Source: Nageia nagi (lineage: Eukaryota > Plantae > Pinophyta). Taken from it: DNA of 64,000 nucleotides. How positions within the stretch are numbered: position 1 is the first letter of the stretch; each line of letters starts with the position of its first letter. Shown here in pieces: positions 1 through 13,583 of the stretch. Both the position numbers and the translations under genes were made by a program. A model generated the notes under the pieces. The model made no database searches. It saw only the letters and a list, made by a program, of their open reading frames with translations, and was not told where the DNA came from. Location: contig JBITNC010000001.1 of NCBI GenBank assembly GCA_050084985.1, forward strand, positions 201,872,001-201,936,000. The letters are read 5' to 3'.

Positions 1-1370
1 TCACATCGTTCTCCTCTTCATTTCTTAGATCAAAGCAATCTAAGATTCATTGGTTGAATTCATCAAAAGTGCAAATGAAGCTATGATCCTGGTTATCCTC
101 ACCATGATGCCACCATTCTTGTGCTAATCCATCCAAGTGCAAGATGGTAATCTGCAATGAATCTCCCTCAGATATGAGATTGAGTGTGATGAAGGTCTTC
201 AACTTGTGCAACCATGCCCTAATTAAGATTTCCCCTTCTCCATCAAAAAGTGAGATCCTATCCAACCCCATAGTCTCCTCATGCTTCTTTGATGACTCAT
301 ATGTTCCTTGGCCCATGATCTCTAGATAATTTTGATAGCTGACCTCTTCCTTGAACTCCTCGGAATTCTCTTGGTAGATCTAGAACAAGATTCCACCCTG
401 GGAGGAGATCTTCGCTCCAAGTGTGGCCATGGTAGTGGAGATGGACGCAAAGGTAGTGGGTGCTCTGGTGTACTCATGTGACCATTCTCCCTTCCAATCT
501 TTTTTTCATGTTGCTTCATGAGATACAAGAATAGATCATCCTTTTCTTCATGATGAACGCCTATTAGGGTTACCTTCTTGAGCAACTTTTGTACTAGATA
601 TAGGGTTGCATCCCATTTCAACGTTCTTGATATAGATCTAAATGGTTCTTCTCTATCCATCTCCATAGGAGGCAAGATCTTAGCTCTGATACCACAATGA
701 TGTTCTTTGTTCCAAATTAATTACAAAATGTGCAAATGGATTAGAATGAGAATACAATGCAACATACAAAAATACTAAATGCATAAGAAAATATAGATCA
801 AGTGCCAACGCCTCAATATGTATTAATGATAAAGCAAGTAAAGAAAATATGCCCAATAGGCTAACGTCTGGCTCAAGGAACCATATCTAGGGCATGACAC
901 TCAAATAACCACCTGGAAATTTGACATCACACTACTAAGGCCTTTAACCCTAGGATCTAACATGAAGAACTAAATGGATTAAGAGTTTCCATCCTTAGCC
1001 AAGATCTAATGAGGGTTTCGTCCCACTAACCCTTCCCTTGCTAGGTTGTTGTCCAATAAGAGGCCCAAGAGATGACTCTATGTCACGCTCTGAACGCAAA
1101 CAGTATAATGTGTATGAATAAGCCAAAGATATCTTTACAATGATGTGCTCCTCCTTTATATAGCTTCATCTAGATTTAGATCTCACCTTGGAATCATGCT
1201 AGGCTAGGTTCCTTGTAGTCACCACAATCAGTCCTCGTAGTCACCACAATTATCTAAAATGCTAATAAACACTCCTAACTATAAAAGGGTACATAAAGAC
1301 TCCTAATTATATAGCTCACTCCTAGATACAATCAACTACTAACTCATATCCTTAGGAGAGGGATGTCACA
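1..1370 (-). mobile_element. Ty3/Gypsy (chromovirus-type gag) LTR retrotransposon, 5' part: 5' LTR ~698-1370, PBS, degenerate gag running off the window
   Basis: Minus-strand LTR starts TGTGACATCC at 1370. tRNA-iMet PBS lies at 683-694. ORF 47-316 (RAWLHKLKTF..LHLDGLAQEWWHHG) matches the gag at 45503. Confidence 0.85.
683..694 (-). promoter_or_regulatory. Primer-binding site (tRNA-iMet)
   Basis: gctctgatacca is the reverse complement of TGGTATCAGAGC, next to the LTR end. Confidence 0.9.
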
Positions 1371-1818
1371 TAGATAAATCCTATTAAATGGGGGAAAACA
1401 GTAATTTCTCGTGCCAACAACTGTAGAGGACTGGTTTGGTAGGCGAACTTCAAAATACAATATTCCACTCGTTTCTTTATGAAACCATGTCGTATAACCT
1501 ATCAAAACGTTTGGCACAATATGCTCTATCCAATCCAAGAGACGAATCAACAATCTGTGACTTGTGGCGAAGGATAATAATAAGAAAAAAGAATGGAAAT
1601 AAGTTTGGAACATTACAGTAGTTGAATATTTTTGCATAATTATGAGTTGAAGCAAGAGAAGTTATAACAAAGTTTTAGCTTAAGTTTGTAAGATATTCAA
1701 TGTTGATATCTCATGATGTTATATTGTAACAACCATATTTTGAAGCATACGAAAGAGAGCCATCGATTCAAGTTTGAAACCTTGAATCGATTCTAGAATA
1801 AAATTTAAATTTTGTTTA

Positions 1819-2156
1819 CTAAGTTGCAGGAAACCTGTAAAACAGATGTGTTCCCGTTTCAAAAACCTCCGGAAACTTGTAAAACCTCATCTATAAAGGT
1901 CTATTTTGGATTTTACCTTGTGTAATCATCTATGGGTGTTAATATAGATATGGTTTTCCTTCTAAAATGTTATTTATGTATATCATTCTTATTTTTTTGC
2001 AAGTTAATGTTGTAATTTAAAAAAAGCAGAGATATATTTATATATTTTATTTTTTATATAACATGTTTCCCCCGGTGTACCCATTTTGGAAGGGTCAAAT
2101 TTCCAAGCGTTCCCGTTTCGAAAACTTGGAACGTTTCCACATTTCGTGCAACTTAG
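1819..2156. mobile_element. hAT-type MITE
   Basis: TIRs CTAAGTTGCAGGAAA / TTTCGTGCAACTTAG match 14/15. Flanks TTTGTTTA / GTTGTTTA form a 7/8 8-bp TSD. Subterminal GTTCCCGTTTC repeats; no ORF. Confidence 0.8.
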
Positions 2157-3751
2157 GTTGTTTATACTTGTTCATGGTAATGGGTATTTAATTTTAATCA
2201 TTTTAGTATGTTTGTATGGCTAATTGCACAAGCTTCTCTCCATTAATAAATGTAAGAATACCCTATACCTCAATCTCCCAACAATTCAATCACAGAAAAT
2301 AACATAATAAAAAAAACGCATTTACAGATATTACATACATACAAGGCTTTAAGGCTTGTGCAAAAACAATATACACATGCTTTCCCACCAACAAGAAAGG
2401 AATCAAGTGTATCTATTTCTCTAGATACCACTCAATGAAATATTAAAGGACCAAGAAAACTTGGACTAATCTCCTGTCAGCGCAAGTATCACAGTATCAG
2501 CTTACTCTGTAATTTGCTGTAATTTGTTGCAGAACAAACCGTGTCCATTATGATGATACTGGATTGTTTATGATGGTCTGTTTAGTGTGGCCTTCCATGT
2601 TAAACACAAGTCCTTTTAGGAGGTCGTGGTTTGCTGATGTAATATCCTGAAAGCAACCTGTTTATAATGTATTTCTATGCTATTATGGACAGTACCGCGT
2701 ATAAAGAAAATTTATGCTTGTAAAAAAATAATTAATTCACTTTGCATGTGAATAATAAAAAGAAATTATTATTCTGAATGCAAGAAGTTTTTACTTGGTG
2801 TTGGTATCTCAAAATATCTTCCAAAAGGGTTTGGACATGTAACCCTTACTTATATAGATGTTTCACATAAACATGACATTTGCTGTCTGCGTCAATGTAT
2901 ATATACTGATACTCTTGTCCAGCATTTGGATTAAGAAGATTTTAGGAACCAAGTACCATATTTAATACACCACTTCAAAAAAAGCTAAATGCACATAACA
3001 TTTTCACAATAGTTTGTGCATACACAGTGTAGATAGAATGAGAAATTTAACTTCTTGATATTGGAGATTGAGAGGGGTGGATAGACAAAACTTCTAACGA
3101 TAAGCCATCCAATCTGGAACACTTCAAGGGCGCAAATGCCACCAAAAATCATTCAAGATGACATTCATTGAATAATCCTCCGTTATATGAGACACAATAA
3201 AAAGTAAAGAATGTGAGATTTGAGCATGAAACTCAGGTGAGATTGTGTTTAATATTCATTAACTAAGATTTTTGAGTGATATTTAAACCTTTTAAGGCAA
3301 AGAAGAAATCAAAGTTCTTTAAGCTGGTTCATGAATACACTTTCCCTAGAACCAGATAGAAAGTGATTTGCAAGTGAATAGAATTTCAGCTTTGTTCATA
3401 CTCTTTTTCATTACTTACCATAAGTACGCAGCCAATCATTTCTAAAACTAATATAGGCATGGTATTGCATGCTGGCACAACACTTATCCTCAGAACGCAC
3501 ATGTAGGAGCTCTATTATTGATTCATTATGGTCAAAAGAGACCAGCCAAGTCATCCAGATTCCAAACTAGTAGATTACAACCATGAAATGAGGCACTTCA
3601 ACTTGTGTTTCCAGAATGCAACCAAACATCAACTTTGGTCATTAAGTTCAGTCTGTAGAACATAACTAAGAAGCAATACTTTGCTGCATAGTCAATTCTC
3701 TCCAACACAAAAAATTCATTTTAAAAATCCTTAACAGGTAAAGACAATTAC

Positions 3752-3834
3752 CTCCTGACGAAAGCGGTCAGCTGAAGCAGCATTCTTGGCCAAAATCAGA
3801 AGTCCAGAGACTAATCTATCTAGTCGATGTATAG
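3752..3834 (-). CDS. RNA pseudouridine synthase (RluA family, plant synthase 7/RPUSD2-like), catalytic exon
   Basis: AG/GT-bounded 83-nt exon encoding (P)IHRLDRLVSGLLILAKNAASADRFRQE. HRLD is the RluA catalytic-Asp motif. Confidence 0.95.
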
Positions 3835-4011
3835 CTGTCAGACAAGGTTACTGAGTCAAGATGAACTAGAAAGCTTTTATATTACATAAACATGAAACTG
3901 GCAGGAAACAAAAATAATAACAATGGCATATTTTAACTTATAGCAATAAATGTCTTAACTTCAACAAAACATATAACAAAATAACAATAGTAGTATTTGT
4001 TGTATGGATAC
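3835..4011 (-). other. 177-bp intron, candidate U12-type (GT-AG)
   Basis: 5' site GTATCCAT versus U12 consensus GTATCCTT. Branch-like TTCATCTTGAC has its A at 3856, 21 nt from the 3' AG. No clear polypyrimidine tract. Confidence 0.6.
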
Positions 4012-4090
4012 GGAACAATGGCTGAATCCCATGCTCTGCCTGCAAAATGCCAAGAACTGTGTTCTTGCGATACTGCCCACATGGATGTAC
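4012..4090 (-). CDS. RNA pseudouridine synthase exon
   Basis: 79-nt exon encoding VHPCGQYRKNTVLGILQAEHGIQPLF+C. Phase matches the next exon (C|CT = Pro). Confidence 0.95.
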
Positions 4091-4736
4091 CTGCAAAGTT
4101 CAACCTCAAAACCTTTGATTAAATGAGAAAAAAAAATTAATCAAAAACACTTTACTGGTAAAATCACTGCCACTGCATTCGACAGTATTCTTTATATTGT
4201 GATCATATTTGATTTCAGGTTGATCAACTGATATAAATATTTTCCTCAATCTGTAGCTCTGGATGAGACGAAACAAGAGAAGCGGTGGTAAATAAGTTCA
4301 TCAGTCCAATTTGCAACCCACATGTTGGCGGCAAGTGAAGGATTGGATGTTAAGTTCAAGCAACATGTCTAAATTTTATATTAGATCACATATTGACAAC
4401 GACAAAGAGATTTAATAGTCTTGAATCAGCTACTGAACGTTGTAACAATGAAAAATGCATACATTGAAGCAAACGGTGTTGCTTAAGTAGAGATGGACCT
4501 AATCAATGTTTAAGTGCAAGGATATAGAGAGAACAGAATCAACATCAAGTACTTTATAAGATTTAATACAAGATCCAATGCAAGAGTGACCAGGGCTGAA
4601 AAAAAACAACATTACTGTTGTCTAACAACAATGAAAGTAAACATGCAAGAAGGAATATAGTAATGTGTATCTAAGTGGGCCAAACTCATCAGCCAAGAGG
4701 AGTGGTTGGCCCATAACATAGGAAAGGCACTGACCT

Positions 4737-5401
4737 TGTGATGTTCCCTTTTATTTTTTGTTTTTTTATTTCTAGCAAACCCTCAATATAAAAATGCAGA
4801 AATAAATTGCAGCAATAAAATAACTCAGAAATTGCTCATAAAATAACACTAGTATGAGGAGAAATCAGCCAGTATCATATATTAAATATTTCCCAACTAA
4901 TACAAAGCTGGAATGGACAAATGGAATCCTCACGAAACAAAAAAATGCAGATACAAACTTTCCAAACTGAGTGAATCCCTCCACAAAAGAAATGCCACGA
5001 ACCACTCACAGATGCCTCTTTTTGTATTTTTGATATTTTAGGGCAATAACACCTCCAATGATATTGCCAAGTCCCCAACCATGCACCTCCAATGCACTAT
5101 GGGAATGAGCAAGACCTGCAATCTCAACTCATGGAAACTCTAGGGTTTCAATATTCAATTCTCATATCACATAACATCCTCCAAATGAGATGCTCACTTC
5201 CTTTTATAGAATGAGGTTCTAATTTGGAGTTGACATCTCCTAACCCTAAAATCACTTAAAGTACCTTATTACAAAAAATAAAAATATAAAACATAAATAA
5301 ACACAACTTAAGTTATGTCTCCTAGTCACATGAAACCCTTTTCCACTTTTATAATTAAGTGTAGGAGACATTTACAAAATATTTATTTTCGGAACATTAC
5401 A
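4737..5401 (-). mobile_element. Solo LTR, related to the Reina-type element at 44117
   Basis: TGTGATGTTCC...GGAACATTACA termini with perfect 5-bp TSD GACCT. Its 5' end matches the 44117 LTR in reverse complement. Confidence 0.92.
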
Positions 5402-5649
5402 GACCTTTCCCTGTCTAGGGTGCAGAAGGAAGGTTGTAGAGACCCTAGCAGCTGCAACTTACACTGCAAACATAACATCATAAATTGCCCCTCATCACAT
5501 TGGTCCTGGTAGCATTAAAAGGGTGCTTGATGCTTGTAATAATTGAGATAAGAGGAAACCAGTGGTTAACCTAGAAGGGTGTTTGATCCCTCCTATAAGG
5601 TATAATGTCTTAAAGTGGTAGCATCTCTAATATATTAAACAAAGTGGAT

Positions 5650-6700
5650 AGAGAAAGAAGGTAGTGACCCTATAGAATTTCTAAATAGTTAATAATATCT
5701 CCCTCAAATGTCAAATAGACAGGGGCACCAGAAATGAAATGTTCCTCAATCACAACCTCTTGGATGAAGCATAAGCAACAGATCCTCTCATCTCTAGGAA
5801 TGCAGTCATTTGTCTATACTCGAGCTTAATGGAAGCAAACTTTGAGATGATCGAATAGTGTAAGTAGGCCATGAGTCCATTGTCATTGAATAGAGTCAAG
5901 ACAAGTGATGATCCCATCCTCAATGCAAAGGAAAATGTAGGAATAGAAAGACAATTTGGACCTTAGACGATAGGGTGGAGAGATCCACATAGCCTGAATG
6001 TATTCTCAATAGGTGTCCTCTATAACTATTAGATTGATCAATTTTGGTAGAAGGTGAGAGAGGGCATTCGAGCATATGAAGACAAGGAGTCTTTTACTAG
6101 AAACGTTTATAAAGAGAAGGGTGGCAAAAAAAAAACCATCCTCCTCGTCTGCTTATGGTGACAATCATCTAGCAAAGGGCTAAAAGCGGAAACCTCTCCC
6201 TACCCATTGCAGAATCACCTACACATCCAGGCCTTACGAAAATGGGAAATAATCTTATAAATGGCATCAAGATGCAATGGTTCATCACAAATTTCAAGAA
6301 TCTCAAACAAAGTCATCTTGATAACAACTTTTGAGCAAACAATAAGCTCCATCCCCTTTAAGGAATAAGTCTACGCCATATTACCATCCACCGAAAGTGT
6401 AATTATGATTGAAGTAGGGTTCATAAATATTGAAAAGTGAGCAAATTAGTAGGGAGAAGGAAAAAATGAACTCGTGACTTCAATACGACTTGAACATTGA
6501 TGGGAAAATGGGCAATCTTTTGAGGTGTTTAGAGAATCAACAAGCATTAGGATGATCAACAAAGGCCTCCATGCTTCCATTTTGGTAGCTGACTTGCTCA
6601 GAAGCTCTAGTAGATCCATGTAAGCCTATTAAAGGCAACCTAAAGTCTATTCTATTGATGGTTTTGTTAGAAACTATGCCCAAACTAGAACTCAAAACTT
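5650..6700 (-). mobile_element. Degenerate non-LTR retrotransposon (LINE) ORF2 3' fragment; boundaries approximate
   Basis: Minus-strand translation near 5720-5810 reads IPRDERICCLCFIQEVVIEEHFISGAPVY, resembling the C-terminal Cys/His motif of LINE ORF2. Confidence 0.5.
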
Positions 6701-9700
6701 AAAGACATCATGATTATTAACAGAAGCACTCTACCACTTAACTAAGGGCTATCTTGTTCCAATGATTCTTCTAGTGTGCTCATTAACCTTCAACACCACC
6801 TAACATGCTACATATCAACTTGAGAATGCAAAGCATAGCTTTCTCAATGTATGCAAATTCTTAAAACTGAGGTGACTGAACCACTCATGCCCGAACTGAC
6901 TATCATTCATCTATACAATTACAGCCTTTGTTGCCTCTTTATCTATGCAAATAGGTCAAAACAAACCTCATTATCCAACAACCAGAGCAACAACTCTATT
7001 CCTCTACTATGTGACGTCCCCATTTTGATTATTGTACTTAATTCTAGAATCCAATGGATTCCCTCTTTGTATCATATTTAATTATTAATCATGTTTATTA
7101 CTTAGGACTTGGGATAGAAGACTTAATGGGTCATTAGATCCCACTGTGAGCCCCAAGTGGGACGTCTCCCTCCCAAGTGTAGATTAGTGTTTTAATGTAC
7201 TTGTAGATCCCGAAATATGATAATGGGAATCCCAAGGTCTATTTAGCATTTAGTGGATGGATGAGCACTAAATGGCCCCAACTTTGAGATTTGGAGCACT
7301 AGTACACATGCGCCAGCCTTGGAAAGACTTCTAGACCCCCACGTTGGGCAATGACACCCACGTTGTCCCCCTAGATGCCCACGCATGACTTCTAGACCCA
7401 TGCATGCATTCTTGGGCCCATGTGGAGCATGAAAGAGGCCTAGATACCCACGTTGAGCTTGGAATGACTCCTATGTGCCAACGTTGAGGCGAGATCCAGG
7501 AAAGCTATATTAGCCCTTGGAGCTTTATTGTGGGATATACAGATTTGATATTATTCTCATACCGTCCAGAGGATAGAAGTCTTAGCACAGCCCTAAGCAA
7601 GATCTCTAGGTGCAACATCTAGGAAGGAAGACAGGCTGAGGGATTGTGACGTCCCATTTGGGTCAATGATAAATTGTATCATGGCCACTTTGTATTCTAG
7701 TATGTGCTCATGTTCATGTTCTGATTGTGTAACTCAAGCAAGAGCTTATGGTCTGCGGAGCCCAATGTGAGCCCAACAATGGGGCGTCTCTCCTTGAGTA
7801 GTGATGTTGTGTAATGTAATGGGTTATCCCCGATTATGGGAATCCCAATGTGTCGTGTGTAGTTCATGGGTGATCCTAGATTGTGGGAATCCCTAGGTAG
7901 ATATTTTTCATGTATGTTCCAAGTGCACAGAGGAGCGTGCTAGCGTTGGGAGGACCCCAAATACCCCACATCATCCCAAGAGGCCATTTGGACCCCATGT
8001 CAACCTTGAGGGCCTTCATGACCCCCATGTTGGCATACTAGGCCAATGGGATCCCCACGTTGGCATACTGGGCCAATATGACCCCCATGTTGGCACTATT
8101 GACTTGTTGACCCCAACGTTGCATTAGAAAAGGCTTGGAGTGATAACGAGGCATGGCTTATGTACATGAGAGACTATATATAGGGGATGGAACTCCATTA
8201 TGAGGTTACCACTTATCATATACTTTCCATACCAGACCTGCTCGAGCAACAAAGTCTTAGCGGTGCTGAGCAACTATTCCTAGACAGCGTTTAGAGGAGT
8301 GGCAGGGTTGGGAGCCTGACATTCTACGACTTAGGTGGGTCACCTAACCCATCCGATAGAATTCCAACAACGAGCTTCTACCTTCAGTGGTTGCCAAGAT
8401 TTGAGGAGACTCCTTCGCAGGAGGGGATTCGGATTGCTAAGGAAGTTAGTCTAATCCTATTGTGTGTTCGGCTTGTTGAGGTTTGGCACCCTAGATCTAT
8501 TGGTCTACCTCCATTGTTTACTCACTGTCTCTCATAATCAAAGAGCTCATTGTGTCCCACATTGTTGTGTTGTTCCATTGTATGTTCCATGTGTTTGATA
8601 TATTGGTGTTGGAAGCTTCATACTGGTATCATATTGTTGTGTATACCCATCATTGGCAATCTTGTGTTATGCATTGTTGTTGTAAGGTATTTGTAGGGTT
8701 TGTAGGGTGTTGGAGAAGCCCTAGAGGCTGACATCAGCATTGTGTGATACTTGTTTAGTGTTGTGTGTTGTTTGGGAAGCCTAGGAGGCCCACGTTGGAG
8801 TGTTGAGGGGTTTGTGTGCCCTAGAGGGCAATCATTGGGTGTTTGAGGGTTGCAAAAACCCTAGCATTGTCCGTTTTTGATTGAGGGTTATTTGGGATCC
8901 TCACAAGTGGTATCAAGGCCCGAATCTTGCCGACCTGTTGTATGAGACCCAAGATCCATAACTACTACACCATATCTAGTAAGAGAGAGATGTCGTTCGT
9001 CAAGAAGGGTGGAAGATCTGAAGATGGCCGCCAAGAGGAAGGGCCACGACATTGGATGGAAGAGGAGACAGAGATCCCAGAGCAAAGGTATGAAGAAGCT
9101 ATGCAAGAGGAACCTCAAATCGAGAGGAGGAAAAACCAGGATGGCACACCCAAACGAGAGTTTAGGGCATTGATCTCAACCTTGCATAGCATGACAAGAG
9201 CCATGAGATACATGGAGCAAATAATGGATATATATTGGGGCGAATATGAACAAGGAGATTGGTGGAGAAGACAAGGAAGAGATGAGAAGACAAGGAAGAG
9301 ATGAACCCAAGACACGGCGCCATGTTCAGGAGCATTTGGAGCCTTCACGACATGATTTGGATAGGCGGCATGGATGGAGAACCAGAGATGCAGGAGTGGG
9401 TCCACAAGTAGATGAGATGGAAGATTTGGAGCCACATCATACTCAAGGGGGTCACAAGGCCCCACAAGGTGATAGAGAAGGCCTTGAAGGACCACGTTAG
9501 CATGGTGAGGGGCAGAAGGGGCCACGACAGACCCATGAGGGTTTCAGGACCCCACATCACACAAAGGAGGCAACCCCACCCCCACATCAGGATGGGAATG
9601 ACTCTGGGTATTCTTCGAAGGAGGATGAAACAGATGGGGAGCATTTGTTGGGGAGAACCAGGAGCATGAGGGAAAGGGATTCCATCCGAGGATCCAGCGA

Positions 9701-11474
9701 ACATGTACCACAATTCTGGAGATCTCAATCACAAATGATGCTGCAACATGAAAGCCCTCTCTTAAAACGCTACCTGGAGGCCAACATTGGAGGAATAGAT
9801 GACCAGCTCATCATTCCAAGGCCGAACAAACCTATTTTTGCACCGAAGGGAGGTGAGGATTCGAAAACAAGGGTACCTGGTCCATTAAAGTTGAACAAGC
9901 ATCACAAGGATTACAACATGCTTCATCTTGAAGTTAGGCGAGATATCACCTTCAGCAGTTACTTGGAGTTGTTAGGGTTGAAGGGAGGCTCATATGGCCA
10001 ACGTCAATTAGGAGGACAGTGGGAAGGAAAGAAGGACTTGTAGCATAAGATCAAGAAGATGCAAGTACCCACATTCGATGGAAAGAAGATGACAGCAAGG
10101 GCTTGCGTGCACCAATTGCAGACATATTATGTGTTGAACCCTAGCATGGTAAAGGTAGCCGCCATCAAAATTGCATCATTGCATCTTGAGAGTGATGCGT
10201 TGGAGTGCTGGCGTCATGGCATGGTGAGTCAAAGGTATGCACACATCACCACGTTTGAGGAGTTCACTAGGAGGCTGGTGAAGAGATTCGACTAGAAGAA
10301 GGAGAACGATTATTGCCAGGATTTGAATTCACTGAGGCAGACGGAGATGGTGGATGAGTTCGTGGCTGAGTTTTAGAAGCTTGCAGTAATGATCCACCAT
10401 ATTCTGGAGGAGAGGGTGACATTCCTCTTCATCAAGGATTTGTCCAAGCCGCTGAGGGGGATGGTCAACGTTTCATACCCTAGGACCTTGAACAATGCTA
10501 TTTGGGGTGCATATGACTTAGAGCCTATTTGTATATTTTTCTTTCCTTGCTCAAAACATGCACAAGACTTGGACGAAATGGCGTTACTTGTTCCCGCCTG
10601 AAAAGACTAGTTACCCGAAGTGCTCACATGGAATATGGTCTTGATGGCTCAGAAGTCAGAGATGCATGTTGTTAACTATATACAAGGGAAACTCGCATCA
10701 CGATTCCTTTCCTTAATGAGGAAAAACTGCAAATGTGAACGAAAGAGAAGAAAGATCACAAATGCAGGCGAAGAACACAGGGATAAATGCAAGGGAATGC
10801 GAGGAAAGGAAAGGATCTATGAGGGCATCACCAGGGATACAGTGTCTCGATAGGTCATCTTCAGATTCATTAAGGTCGATACACTCACTATCAAGCCGAG
10901 CAATAAATAGCAAATATGCTCAAATAATTGCCAGACAAGAGCAGGAAGCTATAGGGTGTTTATAGAAGATTCAATGGAGAGGGTAAAGATGGAGTGAGGG
11001 CGTAAGTGCAGTAACCTAACCGAATGATATAAAGACAAGCTGTAAGCCTCAGAATATATCTACTTGCGTGCAAACTATGCAAAAAAAGGAATCAGACTCT
11101 TTCACAAAATAAACAATATGCAATTCATAGAGAGAACCATTCAGATATGCATAATCCCACAAATGATGTTCCTCATAGTACGAGTTTATGATTTTATTCC
11201 TCTAAACAAAACACATTTGTATTGATTTCCAATAACAGAATATGCATAGAACCCCTTATGCAACAATCTTCTATGCAATGGAACGTGGATCTTATGATAT
11301 GCAAAAGCTCAAAATGATTATACGAATGAACTCAATAGCCACAATCTCAAGATGCAGGAACTCCAATATATGATGCTTTCATTATGTGCAAAGTCCCATG
11401 CAAACATAGTACAAGATCATATCAAAAATTCCTCATGCAAAATCCCATATGTCCCCCCCCTACTTTTCTAAATG

Positions 11475-13430
11475 GCCCGAATGGCATCACCTCCCTCTTC
11501 CTCTTCTCTCTGGCTCTTTGACTCTTCTGTAGAGTCTTCAGCCGTACGATCGTGATTTCCATCAGCTTCTTCATAGGAAGAAGAGAAAGAGGGCTCGGAG
11601 CTACTAGGACGTTGTTGTGATGGGGAACTTTCCCTCTTTGCCCAAGAGAACAGGTTGATCTAGAGGGAATCGCTTCCGTGGAGGAGTCACTCCCACAGGC
11701 TGTGTTTATCACCTCGTAAGCACATCTGAAGGGAGAGTACAATACCCAACATCTCTAAGGTCAGTTTCCAACACACTACACTTGCTGGGCCCTAGAAGAG
11801 GCTCTCTCAAGGTCTCTTGCCTTTTTCATACAGAAAGCAAGGGCTTCTTCTTCTTGGGTGAGGACGTTGTGTGGGTAGGATATTTGATCTTCAAAGTAGC
11901 CTCCATAGGTCGAGGTTTGATCGTTCGAAGTTTCTGAGGGGGCTTTTCTATTCGAAGGGGAACCTTCTTCATTTTCAAATGAGCTGTGATACGTGCAATT
12001 TCCCCTTCGTTCTGCACATTACTATACCTTTCTTCATCTCCCAATGATTTGTTAGGAAATGGAATGGGCCAATGAAAAGTAGAGTCATAGAAATGGACAA
12101 TCATCCCCTTAGGATCATAGTTCCTTGCAGCAGCTTCCCTGAAGAAGTTATATTCCTGTAACTCCTCTCGCATGTGTGTTGCCTCCACCCAAGTCTGGCA
12201 CACATATCCAGATATAGAAATAGGCAAGTTGATAGTGGCGTTTTTCTTCTTCCATACCTTCTCCTTCAAGCACAAGAGTTGCCTAGCAAACTCCATGAGG
12301 ACCAACCTATCACTGGCATACATGGGCAAGAGCATGGGTTGCTCCTCTGAACCATAAACTCTAATGTAGGTGAAGTCAGCGTCTTGCAGAAAAAAGTCTA
12401 CATGCACGTAAACAGCCTAGATGGTAGCATTAGAGATCTTCTTCACCACGGACTCTCCCTTGATATCCTTGTAGATATCATATTCCAAGGCATCAGTCCT
12501 TTCATAAAAATACTCAAATTTACTCTGGCACCACCATTTCTAGTATGCCCTCCACACGAGAGTGTTCTTCTCTCCCAAGTATCTCTCATCATCCAGCTCC
12601 TTAGATCTAACCTTGCCATGCAGTAACAGGTATACCAGGTAAGAGTTCATGTACAATCTCTTTGAGGAGCCAAACAAAGACAACTGCTAGTGCAAGGCAT
12701 CACTGATAACCCCTACCCACCTAATGGACCTCCCTGAACTGATTGCAACCATAAATCCTATGAACTCCCTTCAGTACTTGGCATCATTCACTTGGCCGGT
12801 TACTTTTGATAACAAGGTGATCAATTTTGCCACCACTGGTAGAATTTCTTCTCTTCGTGCACTGGTCAACCTTTGCCCTTGAAGGTTCTGAAATTCTTCA
12901 AGCAACTAGGGCCTAACATAGTCCCCAAGCTGGGAAGTGGAATCATGAAACTCCTCCGAATGCACCAATGTATAGTCATCCTTGTAACGTTTCCAGCCAA
13001 AAGTTGCTTCAATGCTAGCAAGGGTGAAGTCCATGATTACATTACCTTCCATATCCCGTAGCACTCTCTTGCTGAAATCACACCTTGCCACTTCACTACA
13101 CAAGTCGGGAAAAGGTATTGCAAATGGTATCATGGCGGCATTGAACAAGCCGCACGTGTGGATAAGTTCTGCAGACATGTCCTCCTTGCTGAGAGAGGTT
13201 GTAGAGGCCAAGGTCATAATTGGGTCCAAGTCACCCCAATCAGTGTCACCAACAAAGATATATTTCCCCTTGAATTTGGCCTCGGGAAGCTTTGGTTTGC
13301 CTTTCGGCTGAAATTCTATCAAATTCTCCCCCAAAAATGGAGTCATCTGGCTTTTAGTCACATGCCTCTCGAATAATTGGCTTTGGGTCTTTCTAGCCTT
13401 CAAAGTGGGTACTTTGGTGCTTGAAGCCCT
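11475..13430 (-). pseudogene. LTR-borne ORF of unknown function, copy 1 (N-terminal half only)
   Basis: Motifs VGDTDWGDLDP, PFPDLCSEV and YIRVYGSEEQPMLLPMYASDRLVLMEFARQL are shared with copies 2, 3 and 5. Contains stops/frameshifts. Confidence 0.8.
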
Positions 13431-13583
13431 AGAGGATGCTACCCTAATCCTTCCTCAATTTGAATTGGTTAACTAGTCCAAGCGCACAGTATGAATGAGT
13501 GCAAAAGTATAGCCAGGAATGAATGTAACTAGGCCTGGTGATACTTAGTCAATTTCCCGAACTAAATTCTTCATTCCAAAGTT

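Noticed and set aside
1371-3751. Next downstream exon of the pseudouridine synthase
   Set aside because: No matching splice-bounded peptide found by eye; it probably lies outside the window, as does the upstream exon beyond 38144.
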